Positions 8,170 through 18,880 of a stretch of DNA of 64,000 nucleotides are shown here, one piece after another. Position 1 is the first letter of the stretch, and every line of letters begins with the position of its first letter. The notes under the pieces were generated by a model. It was given only the letters and a program-made list of their open reading frames with translations, made no database searches and had not been told where the DNA came from. Source of the DNA: Candidatus Poribacteria bacterium (GTDB lineage Bacteria; Poribacteria; WGA-4E; PCPOR2b); NCBI GenBank assembly GCA_965208325.1, contig OZ242326.1, positions 1,504,001-1,568,000 of the forward strand, written 5' to 3'. The translations under genes and the position numbers were made by a program.

Positions 8170-10294
8170 TCAAATCGAAGTTTACAATCCGGATGCTGAC
8201 TTCGATCTGCTGCGGAGAAGCTACGAATACAGTGAAGAGCACCACAGCGGCCAACAGCGGAGATCTGGCCACCCTTATTTCACGCACTGTCTTGAGACCG
8301 CCAAATCCTTAATTGATTTGAAATTGGATGTACCCACAATCTGCGCCGGGCTTTTGCACGATGTGCTAGAAGATACGTTGGTGACCCGCGATGACCTCGC
8401 GCAGCTTTTCGGAGAGTCCATAGCTCAACTTGTCGAAGGTGTTACCAAAATCGGCACCTACCATTTCAAAGGCAGAACCCAGCAAACTCAAGCTGATAAC
8501 TACCTGAATTTGTTTTTAGCTACGGCAAAAGACATTCGCGTTATTCTCATTAAGCTCGCCGATCGGTTACATAATATGGAAACCCTGTCATTCCTACCTA
8601 TTGGCAGACAGCAGGAAATTGCGAAGGAGACGCTTGAAATCTACGCCTCCCTGGCTCACCGATTGGGAATAAATCGATTCAAAAGCAGACTGGAAGATTT
8701 AGCGTTCAAGTATCTACATCCCCTCGAATACAGAGAGATTGCGAGCCTGCTTGCGGAGAAACTCGATGAGAGGGAAGCATATACACGGAAAATGGAAGGG
8801 ATAATCGTCCAAGAATTGGAGGCGGGCGGGATCAGGGCAAAGGTGCATGGCCGCCCCAAGCATATATATAGCATCTATCACAAGATTCACCACAAGGGCG
8901 TACCCTTCGAGGAAATTTGCGATTTGACTGCGTTGCGAATCTTGGTAGAAACCACTGCGGACTGTTACGCGGTGTTAGGGGCTTTACACGGTAAGTGGAA
9001 GCATATACCGGAGAGATTTAAAGATTTTGTCGGACTGCCCAAGAGAAACGGCTATAGGTCGCTGCACACCACAATCCTCGATCGGGATCGTCCTGAACGA
9101 GGCCGCCCCATAGAGATTCAGATTCGGGCATTTCAGATGCACGAAGTTGCCGAATACGGCATTGCCGCGCATTGGAGTTACAAGGAAGGGTTGCCGTCAA
9201 CGTCAGAAAGCCAGTCTATATTCGCGTGGTTGAGGCAGATGCTGGATGACATTCAGGAGCTCAAGAATCCTTACCAGTTCATCCAATCTATGAAGTGGGA
9301 GTTGCTTCCGGATGAGGTTTATGTCTTTTCACCCAAGGGCGACCTGTATTCGCTTCCAGCCGGATCGACGCCAATCGACTTCGCATACAAAATTCATACA
9401 GATATTGGGGACACATGTTGCGGCGCAGAAGTCAACGGGGTGATATTACCGCTCAGGCACCGCCTGCAGAATGGAGACCGCGTAAGAATCATGACCAATT
9501 CCAAGGCGCACCCAAGCCGGGATTGGTTGCGGTGGGTCAAAACTACGCGTGCGCGAAACAAGATTCGGCACTGGTTTAGAGAACAAGATCGCGCACAAGC
9601 CATCGAACTTGGAAGAAGATTCCTCGAAATGGAATTGCGCCGCCAGCATCTTGATCTGCGGACTTATCTGAAATCGCCCGAGCTACTGGCGTTCGCGAAA
9701 AAGTTGAAACTCAACACAATTGATGACCTGTTGATGCAGATTGGAAACGGGAAGGAATCCGCTGAACACGTTGTCAATGTGTTACACCCCGAACCAGATA
9801 CGAGGGAGGGAACGGAGACGCCTGTAGATGCGGTTCGTCCGGCGCCGGCGATTCAGCTTGAAGGGATAGATATTGCGCTCGTGCGCATCATGAAGTGTTG
9901 CTACCCAATTCCGGGCGATGAGATTATCGGATATATTACACGCGGCCGCGGTGTCTCCATTCATCGGGCAGGCTGTCCGCGTATAATAAATGAGACGGAG
10001 CGGGTTGTCAATGTCGAGTGGAAACCGGAAAACCTTACGACCTACCCGGCTGAAATTGCCGTGCAGTGTGATGATCGTCCCGGTATGCTTGGGGAGATTG
10101 CTACGTTAATTGCACAATACAAGGTGAACATCGTAAAGGGAAATCTCGCACACTCGTCAATGCCCGTTGAGGGCATGGCGCATGACCGGCTCACGTTAGC
10201 GGTGAATAGCATTGAGCAGCTAGAAGCGGTCATGGAGTCTATTCGTTGCTTGAAAGGCGTACAAACCGTTAGCAGAATCGCTGCAAGAAATTGA
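8147..10294 (+). CDS. relA: Bifunctional (p)ppGpp synthetase/hydrolase Rel
   Basis: Intact HD motif (LLHDVLED), RPKHIYSI, RFKD, EIQIR, TGS, CCYP and ACT domains. Confidence 0.95.
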   Translation: MSVEELINQIEVYNPDADFDLLRRSYEYSEEHHSGQQRRSGHPYFTHCLETAKSLIDLKLDVPTICAGLLHDVLEDTLVTRDDLAQLFGESIAQLVEGVTKIGTYHFKGRTQQTQADNYLNLFLATAKDIRVILIKLADRLHNMETLSFLPIGRQQEIAKETLEIYASLAHRLGINRFKSRLEDLAFKYLHPLEYREIASLLAEKLDEREAYTRKMEGIIVQELEAGGIRAKVHGRPKHIYSIYHKIHHKGVPFEEICDLTALRILVETTADCYAVLGALHGKWKHIPERFKDFVGLPKRNGYRSLHTTILDRDRPERGRPIEIQIRAFQMHEVAEYGIAAHWSYKEGLPSTSESQSIFAWLRQMLDDIQELKNPYQFIQSMKWELLPDEVYVFSPKGDLYSLPAGSTPIDFAYKIHTDIGDTCCGAEVNGVILPLRHRLQNGDRVRIMTNSKAHPSRDWLRWVKTTRARNKIRHWFREQDRAQAIELGRRFLEMELRRQHLDLRTYLKSPELLAFAKKLKLNTIDDLLMQIGNGKESAEHVVNVLHPEPDTREGTETPVDAVRPAPAIQLEGIDIALVRIMKCCYPIPGDEIIGYITRGRGVSIHRAGCPRIINETERVVNVEWKPENLTTYPAEIAVQCDDRPGMLGEIATLIAQYKVNIVKGNLAHSSMPVEGMAHDRLTLAVNSIEQLEAVMESIRCLKGVQTVSRIAARN

Positions 10295-10324
10295 GCGCTT
10301 TTCGATTGAGTCAAAACGTAACGC

Positions 10325-10558
10325 TCAACTTCCCGTTTCCAATGCAAGTTCCGGTTCACCTGCGCCCGAAATCACCTTTACAACTTTTCCAGACTTTAGG
10401 CATCGCACACATATCCGGATTCGTTTGTTGCCGGCTTCCGTTTGAATTCGGACGCGCTGTAAATTTGGTAACCATCTCCGCTTGGTATGCCGGCGTGATT
10501 TGCTTATTCGGTGGCCTGTCATCGGCTTTTTGCCGCATACATAACAGATACGTGCCAA
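10325..10558 (-). CDS. rpmB: 50S ribosomal protein L28 (Zn-ribbon form)
   Basis: ARICYVCGKKP...TKRRWLPNLQ...ICVRCLKSGKV; TTG start with GGAGG RBS. Confidence 0.93.
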   Translation of the reverse strand: MARICYVCGKKPMTGHRISKSRRHTKRRWLPNLQRVRIQTEAGNKRIRICVRCLKSGKVVKVISGAGEPELALETGS

Positions 10559-10686
10559 TTTACCTCCCTCCCTTCTCGATTGCTTGAATTCCAAAATAGA
10601 CGCAACCTGCTTAGCATATCATAATACAGCCGTGAAATGCAAGGTTTTTTGGGAAACCGCTCAATTCCGCCTCGCGAGTTTCAGTA

Positions 10687-11475
10687 ATGAATTGCAAAGT
10701 GAAAATTCAAAAGCCGTTAATCGTTGTTGGTCTCGCACTCGGTTATTTTGCCTGCGGTGACGATTCCCCAGTCGCTCCTCATCAGCAACCGGTGGCACCT
10801 CAATTCGGAGCCGTGTCCGGTACAATCACCGATGCCAGAACGGGCAATCCGATTCCACATGCCACAGTTACGCTGTTAAATCAGACCACAAAAGTGGGTG
10901 TTAACGGGAAGTACATCTTCTCACAAGTCGCCTATTCCGACACCTTGAGCCTGACTGTCGAAGCCTCAGATTACGCAACGCAAAAGCCGACATTTGCGTT
11001 GAATACCAAAAGCCTCGTGATTGACACCCCATTAGAACCGTTAACAAATCCTGAACTGGAGATTCGGCAGTTCCTAAATACTCTTTCCAAACTTGTTGGG
11101 TCAAGAGATGAAAACAAGATTGAAGCGATACAAGCGCATTTTTCGCAATCCTACTTAGCGGGCGCCGATCCGGTCACCCGCTTTTTCGGTCTGCCAACCG
11201 GCGTCGTTCCGGCAAATCATGAGCAGGTCATCCCGTGGATTTTGAAGCTCTTTGAAACGTACAGCACCATCGAATTTGACTTTTACGGCGTTATGGTAGA
11301 GGTTACGCATACCCAAAAGGCTTCTGCGCAGATGAACTTTGACGTGCTTACGGAAAAAGGCGTTCGATCTGACAGACAAAAAATCATCTCCGAATGTGAA
11401 ATCTTTTTCCGCAAAGAAGCGTCTCATTGGAAAGTAATCTTCTGGCAGTTTTCCAAATTTGATATTCATTTGTAG
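10687..11475 (+). CDS. Lipoprotein with carboxypeptidase-regulatory-like domain and NTF2-like C-terminal domain
   Basis: Lipobox YFAC, VSGTITDARTGNPIPHATV. C-terminal fold assignment is an inference. Confidence 0.65.
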   Translation: MNCKVKIQKPLIVVGLALGYFACGDDSPVAPHQQPVAPQFGAVSGTITDARTGNPIPHATVTLLNQTTKVGVNGKYIFSQVAYSDTLSLTVEASDYATQKPTFALNTKSLVIDTPLEPLTNPELEIRQFLNTLSKLVGSRDENKIEAIQAHFSQSYLAGADPVTRFFGLPTGVVPANHEQVIPWILKLFETYSTIEFDFYGVMVEVTHTQKASAQMNFDVLTEKGVRSDRQKIISECEIFFRKEASHWKVIFWQFSKFDIHL

Positions 11476-11502
11476 AGCCTCAATTAAGTAAACGCTGTGT
11501 AA

Positions 11503-13515
<2,013 letters not shown>

Positions 13516-13552
13516 TTGAAGACACGCGCGGCTGCGGCACTATGCATTTTCC

Positions 13553-13581
13553 TTGACAGGTATATGCATCAAGTCTATAAT
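13553..13581 (+). promoter_or_regulatory. Perfect-consensus sigma70 promoter of dapF-dapA
   Basis: TTGACA-N17-TATAAT. Confidence 0.85.
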
Positions 13582-13617
13582 AGGCGCTAGCAAATGTCAC
13601 AAGACAGGACAAAGATT

Positions 13618-14442
13618 ATGGCAAAGATTCCCTTTATGAAACTCAGCGGGGCGGGGAACGACTTCGTGATTATTGACAATTTCAAACGCATCGTCCCGTA
13701 TGAAAACACGGATTTTGTCGCAAAGGTTTGCGAACGCCGAATGTCTGTGGGCGCCGATGGTATTCTACTCGTTGAAAATTCGGAACAGGCTGATTTTAAG
13801 ATGCGCTATTTTAATGCGGACGGCGGCGAAGCCGAGACATGCGGCAACGGCGCAAGGTGCATCTCCAAGTTTGCGCACATCAACGGCATCACTTCCGAGC
13901 GAATGCGTTTTGAAACGAAAGCCGGAATCTACGAATCGGCAATTCTCAAGTCAGGCGTCAAAGTGCGAATGAGCGATCCCATAGATGTGCGATTGAACTT
14001 CCCGCTGCGGCTCGAAGACGGCGTGTACACCGTCTGTTCCGTCAATAGCGGCGTGCCCCACGTGGTATTTTTTATGGAAGATCTCGAAGCGGCGGACGTT
14101 GTTAATCTCGGTGCACAAACACGCTATCACGGCGATTTTCAGCCCGCAGGAACCAATGTAAACTTTGTACGAATCAAAAACGAACGAGAAATCAATGTTC
14201 GCACGTATGAACGGGGAGTCGAAGATGAAACCCTCGCGTGCGGCACCGGCTCAATCGCGTCCGCTGTATTATCTGCACTGCTCGGAAAGACAGTTGCGCC
14301 GGTTGCGGTGCGGACGGCAAGCGGGTCTGTGCTGACAATCCATTTCGAGCTGGATGGTGGGGGTGCCAAAAACGTACATTTGGAGGGCGACGCGCGGGTT
14401 ATCTACGCCGGTGAACTTGAAGAGGGCGCGTGGAATTACTGA
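13618..14442 (+). CDS. dapF: Diaminopimelate epimerase
   Basis: GAGNDF, CGNGARC, ERGVEDETLACGTG. Confidence 0.95.
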   Translation: MAKIPFMKLSGAGNDFVIIDNFKRIVPYENTDFVAKVCERRMSVGADGILLVENSEQADFKMRYFNADGGEAETCGNGARCISKFAHINGITSERMRFETKAGIYESAILKSGVKVRMSDPIDVRLNFPLRLEDGVYTVCSVNSGVPHVVFFMEDLEAADVVNLGAQTRYHGDFQPAGTNVNFVRIKNEREINVRTYERGVEDETLACGTGSIASAVLSALLGKTVAPVAVRTASGSVLTIHFELDGGGAKNVHLEGDARVIYAGELEEGAWNY

Positions 14443-14479
14443 AGACCATAGGCTATCAAGATATTGAAGGAGGTTTCGC

Positions 14480-15355
14480 ATGTTTGAAGGATCCTTTGTA
14501 GCTATCGTAACGCCGTTCAAAGACGACGAATCGCTGGACGAAAGCAAACTTAAGGAACTCATCGAATTTCAGATTGCTGAAGGGACGCACGGGATTGTCC
14601 CTTGTGGGACCACTGGAGAATCGCCGACGCTTTCCCACTTGGAACACGACCGCGTTGTGGCATTGACCGCCGAAACAGTTAACGGGCGCGCGTCTGTAAT
14701 CGCCGGATCGGGTTCAAATTCAACCGCGGAGGCGCTGCGGTTGACAAAACACGCCAAGTCGGTTGGTGCTGACGGCGCGTTGGTCATCACGCCCTACTAC
14801 AATAAACCGACGCAAGCTGGCTTATACGCCCACTTCATGGCAATCGCGGATGCCGTCGAAATCCCCATAATCATCTACAACGTCCCCTCACGCACTGGCA
14901 TAGACATCCTCCCCGAAACGCTCGCCAAACTCGGTGAGCACCCAAACATTGTCGGCACCAAAGAGGCGACCGGACTAGTCAGGCGTTCCAGCGACATTGT
15001 GCAGATGTGTGGTGAGGATTTTATCATCCTTTCCGGAAACGATGATGACACCTTTCCAATTCTAGCTGTCGGCGGGAATGGGGTAATCTCCGTCGTTGCC
15101 AACGTTGCGCCCGCCGATGTTGCAGAGATGTGTAACGCTTTCAAAGCGGGCAACATCGAACTCGCCCGTAAACTCCATTACAAAACGCTGCCCCTCGCGG
15201 TAGACCTCTTTATCGAAACAAATCCCATCCCCGCTAAGACCGCCCTCATGTTGATGGGGAAACTCAACGGGAAAATTCGGCTTCCGCTGGCGCCAATGGC
15301 AAGCGCAAATGCGGAAAAACTCCGCCGGACATTGGCGGATTCGGGCTTGCTTTAA
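14480..15355 (+). CDS. dapA: 4-hydroxy-tetrahydrodipicolinate synthase
   Basis: GTTGES, PYYNKP, YNVPSRT, KEATG. Confidence 0.96.
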   Translation: MFEGSFVAIVTPFKDDESLDESKLKELIEFQIAEGTHGIVPCGTTGESPTLSHLEHDRVVALTAETVNGRASVIAGSGSNSTAEALRLTKHAKSVGADGALVITPYYNKPTQAGLYAHFMAIADAVEIPIIIYNVPSRTGIDILPETLAKLGEHPNIVGTKEATGLVRRSSDIVQMCGEDFIILSGNDDDTFPILAVGGNGVISVVANVAPADVAEMCNAFKAGNIELARKLHYKTLPLAVDLFIETNPIPAKTALMLMGKLNGKIRLPLAPMASANAEKLRRTLADSGLL

Positions 15356-15533
15356 GCGATCGCCGTAGGTCTAAGGTACCACGCTTTCCGGTGTTTTTTC
15401 ATCAGTCTAAAGGTGAATGCTGGTTGGACTCGCCTTTTCACCAATTGGATTCAGATTAGTCATTCAAAGGTTTACACGATGCGTTTAGAATAGTTTGCGT
15501 TGCCGCGGTGAAACTCACGAAATTTTACGGCTG

Positions 15534-17216
15534 ATGTTAGATAAAAAACGGAAACTGGTATTAGCGGGAATTGCCTTCCTTTCAATCTGCGCGCTTGCAA
15601 TTTTTGGTTCGAAGCACCTTGAACAACCCAATGCTCTCGTTTGGTATAGCATCGTCCCGCCGCTTTTCGCAGTCACATGCGCTATTGCAACGAATCGGCT
15701 CATGTTGAGCCTCGGACTAGCTGTAGTTGCCGGCATTGTCCTCTCCTCGGTGAAGAGTCAGCCTGCTTCCATCTGGCTGTGGGTTCCCTCCGTGTTCAAT
15801 CATACCTATTCGGTGGGGAAGTCCGTCGCCGACTCATTTAACCTCCTAATAATTCTCTTCATCGTGCTGATTCTGTCGACGATTTCGGTGGTAATCGTTT
15901 CCGGCGGCATCCAAGGCATAATCTATTGGCTCACCCGATTTGCGAAAGGGCCGCGCTCAACCCAGTTTGTCACGGTGCTCATGGGGTTTGCGGTTTTTAT
16001 CGACGACTATGCCAACACCATGATTGTTGGGTCTTCGATGCGGCCCGCAACCGACCACCAACGCATTAGCCGCGCGAAACTGGCGTTCCTCGTGGATTCC
16101 ACGACTGCCCCAATTGCGGGTCTCGCCGTGGTGAGTACATGGATTGGGTATGAGGTAGGGTTGTTCACTGACGTTGCGAACTCAATCGGAATACAGCGGG
16201 ACGGTTACTCCATGTTCTTTGACGCGCTGGGATTTCGATTCTATTGTATGATGACGATTATTTTCGTTATCGCAAACGCCGTCAGCGGTGTAGATTACGG
16301 CCCGATGCGGAAGGCGCAACTTCTCGCCAGAAAAACAGGGGCAGTGGATTCCGGATATGCAAGGTCGAAATCGTCAAGAGTATTCACGAGATTAAAGCAT
16401 TCGCCTTCAGCTATTATCCATCCGCTGGCTGCACTTGTTCCCATTGGGACGCTTTTCGGCGCAATGTTCATAGGATTTTGGATTGACGGCGGCGGCCGCG
16501 GTTCTATCCTCTCTCTATCAGATTGGCGGAATGCATTATCTAACGCAAACAACGTAAAAATTCTTACGATTGCGTCCGGAAGCAGCTTTCTTTTGGCGAT
16601 TGTGTGCGCAAAGCTGTTTTCCCGGATTAACCTATCCGAAACTGGGGTGGCAATACGCTCGGGCCTTAAGGGCAGCCTGCTGCCGACGACAATTCTCGTC
16701 CTAGCCTGGGGTTTGAAAGCTGTATGCGACCAACTTTCTACGGGCGGTTTTCTCGCAGCGGCGGTCGAAGGCGTGCTTTCGCCGCTATGGTTCCCTGCGC
16801 TCCTCTTTATCGTGGCGTCCGTGACCTCCTTCGCCACCGGCACGAGCTGGGGTACGATGGCGATACTTATCCCGACTGCCATTCCTGTGGCTTTTTCACT
16901 TGATGGCAGCGTCTATGGACTGACGACAATGATTAGCTTAGGTGCAGTCCTTGACGGATCAATCTTCGGCGACCACTGCTCGCCCATCTCCGACACCACA
17001 ATCATGAGTTCCATCGCAAGCGATTGCGAACCCATTCACCACGTACACACCCAACTCCCGTACAGCCTAACTGTTGCAGGACTAGCACTTATCTGTGGGT
17101 ATATTCCGGCAGCGCTGGGAGTGTCATCCTACGTCGCAATCGGCGTCGCGGCGGCTTTAATCGTTCTGCTGTTTTATATCGTTGGTAAGATTGGCGACCG
17201 TCAACAGTTGGCCTAG
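15534..17216 (+). CDS. NhaC-family transporter (possibly amino-acid/lysine transporter)
   Basis: FIDDYAN, FATGTSWGT, GDHCSPISDTT motifs and many TM helices. Confidence 0.88.
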   Translation: MLDKKRKLVLAGIAFLSICALAIFGSKHLEQPNALVWYSIVPPLFAVTCAIATNRLMLSLGLAVVAGIVLSSVKSQPASIWLWVPSVFNHTYSVGKSVADSFNLLIILFIVLILSTISVVIVSGGIQGIIYWLTRFAKGPRSTQFVTVLMGFAVFIDDYANTMIVGSSMRPATDHQRISRAKLAFLVDSTTAPIAGLAVVSTWIGYEVGLFTDVANSIGIQRDGYSMFFDALGFRFYCMMTIIFVIANAVSGVDYGPMRKAQLLARKTGAVDSGYARSKSSRVFTRLKHSPSAIIHPLAALVPIGTLFGAMFIGFWIDGGGRGSILSLSDWRNALSNANNVKILTIASGSSFLLAIVCAKLFSRINLSETGVAIRSGLKGSLLPTTILVLAWGLKAVCDQLSTGGFLAAAVEGVLSPLWFPALLFIVASVTSFATGTSWGTMAILIPTAIPVAFSLDGSVYGLTTMISLGAVLDGSIFGDHCSPISDTTIMSSIASDCEPIHHVHTQLPYSLTVAGLALICGYIPAALGVSSYVAIGVAAALIVLLFYIVGKIGDRQQLA

Positions 17217-17251
17217 GTCGTGGCAAATTTTATGTGAAACTGTCGATATCC

Positions 17252-17451
17252 GTAGGGGCGAGGTCTCCTCGCCCTTTGACCACGCGGGCCGCGCACAGCC
17301 AACTACCCAGGTCTTGTGGGTTGGGCTGATCCTTCGCTATCCGCTCAATTGATCGTTGCGTATCGCGAACAACTAAAATATAATAAACGCCTTGAATCGC
17401 CGAACTCATACATCAAAATTCGCATGTTTCTTCATATCTGCTCCACCCTAC
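17252..17451. repeat. REP hairpin plus degenerate REPIN-like copy
   Basis: GTAG-GGGCGAGG-TCT-CCTCGCCC (17252-17274), then GTGGGTTGGG...CGCTCAATTG...CCCTAC resembling 2685-2930. Confidence 0.6.
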
Positions 17452-17502
17452 CGACGTAATCTGAATTTTGTAACGTTAGTCGAATCGACGGGAGACATTT
17501 AA

Positions 17503-18822
17503 ATGACGCTCAAGGAACACATCGACGATATATGTGAACGCCTAGGAAGAAACGAATTCAAGTCAGAGGATAACGTGTCAAACGGAATCGTGCGGCGATT
17601 ACTAGATGCGCTATCTTGGCCAGTGTATGATATGACTGTTGCCATTTCTGAATTCCCAGTGGAATCGAGAAGAGTAGATTTTGCTCTCTGCCATCCGCCA
17701 AACAACCCGCTGGTTTTCGTTGAGGTCAAGCAAATAGGCAAACTTGATGAAGATGCAGAGAAACAACTGTTTGAGTACGCTTATCACGAAGGCGTCCCAG
17801 TGGTCATCCTCACCGACGGCAGGGAATGGCACTTTTTCCACCCGATTGGGCGAGGGAATTACAAAGAACGTAAGGTATACAAACTGGATTTATTGGAAAT
17901 GGCCAGTGAGGAAAGCGCTCAACGTCTGAGCAGATATCTAAACTATGAGTCGATACGTACTGGTAGCGCTATTACGGCTATCGAAAACGACCATCGGGAA
18001 ATTTCCATGCGACGGCAAATTGAAGACGTATGGAACACATTGCTGCAACAAGAGGCTGCGCTGATAGAATTAATAGCAAGGGAAGTTGAAAGTCGACATG
18101 GTAACAAGCCAAGCAGTGAGCAGGTGGTAAATTTCCTGAAAAACCCACCTCAGCTTGAGTCTAATCCGAAAGAAATTCCCCTCCCACCAATACCGAGCCC
18201 TCCGGTAATATCGTCCTCGCGCTTTGTAGTTACAATGTCCGATGGTGAGCGGATTGATCATCCAGTTGCAGCAGATACCTTCGTTGAGACAATTGAAAAA
18301 CTAGGGTTAGAGCAAGTTGAAAAAGTTAATCCTAAACTTTTGTCCACCTCGAACACGTATCGGGCATTCCGGCAAAGAGGTCGGTATTACATAAACGTCG
18401 GCTTTTCAAACGGGCAAAAGAAGAAAATCTTGGATAACCTTGCCAATGCGCTTGGTGCGCGATTGCTAGTTGAGTCACACCCGAAAGACGTGCCTCCGCC
18501 ACCATCACAGCAGGAGCCGCAAAACACCATAGACAAAAAACCACCCACACGACTTGTCGTTATTATGCGAGATGGCGAGAAGATTGATCATCCCGTTGCG
18601 GCAAATACTTTCGCTGATGTGATTGAAAAACTAGGATTAGACCAAGCGGAAAAAATAGAACCCAAGCATATATCCACTTCAAACACGTATAGGAATTTCA
18701 AGAGAAGAGGTCAGTATTTTATAGACACAAACCTTTCTAACAGCCAAAAGAAGAACATCATCGAAAACATTGCCGATGCGCTAGGTGTGCGATTAAACGT
18801 GAAAATAGCCCCAAAAAATTAA
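17503..18822 (+). CDS. HsdR_N-like PD-(D/E)xK nuclease with two tandem C-terminal repeat domains
   Basis: EFPVESRRVDFAL...EVK...QLFEYA...LTDGREW; two ~85-aa repeats at ~18220-18474 and ~18550-18804. Confidence 0.8.
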   Translation: MTLKEHIDDICERLGRNEFKSEDNVSNGIVRRLLDALSWPVYDMTVAISEFPVESRRVDFALCHPPNNPLVFVEVKQIGKLDEDAEKQLFEYAYHEGVPVVILTDGREWHFFHPIGRGNYKERKVYKLDLLEMASEESAQRLSRYLNYESIRTGSAITAIENDHREISMRRQIEDVWNTLLQQEAALIELIAREVESRHGNKPSSEQVVNFLKNPPQLESNPKEIPLPPIPSPPVISSSRFVVTMSDGERIDHPVAADTFVETIEKLGLEQVEKVNPKLLSTSNTYRAFRQRGRYYINVGFSNGQKKKILDNLANALGARLLVESHPKDVPPPPSQQEPQNTIDKKPPTRLVVIMRDGEKIDHPVAANTFADVIEKLGLDQAEKIEPKHISTSNTYRNFKRRGQYFIDTNLSNSQKKNIIENIADALGVRLNVKIAPKN

Positions 18823-18880
18823 GCCGATCAAATTCATGCGCTCCCAAAATTACGCGCTGCCGATTGGTTCGTTCAACCGT

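Noticed and set aside
17503..18822. Complete type I restriction-modification system
   Set aside because: Only the nuclease domain is present; there is no HsdR motor, hsdM or hsdS in the window.
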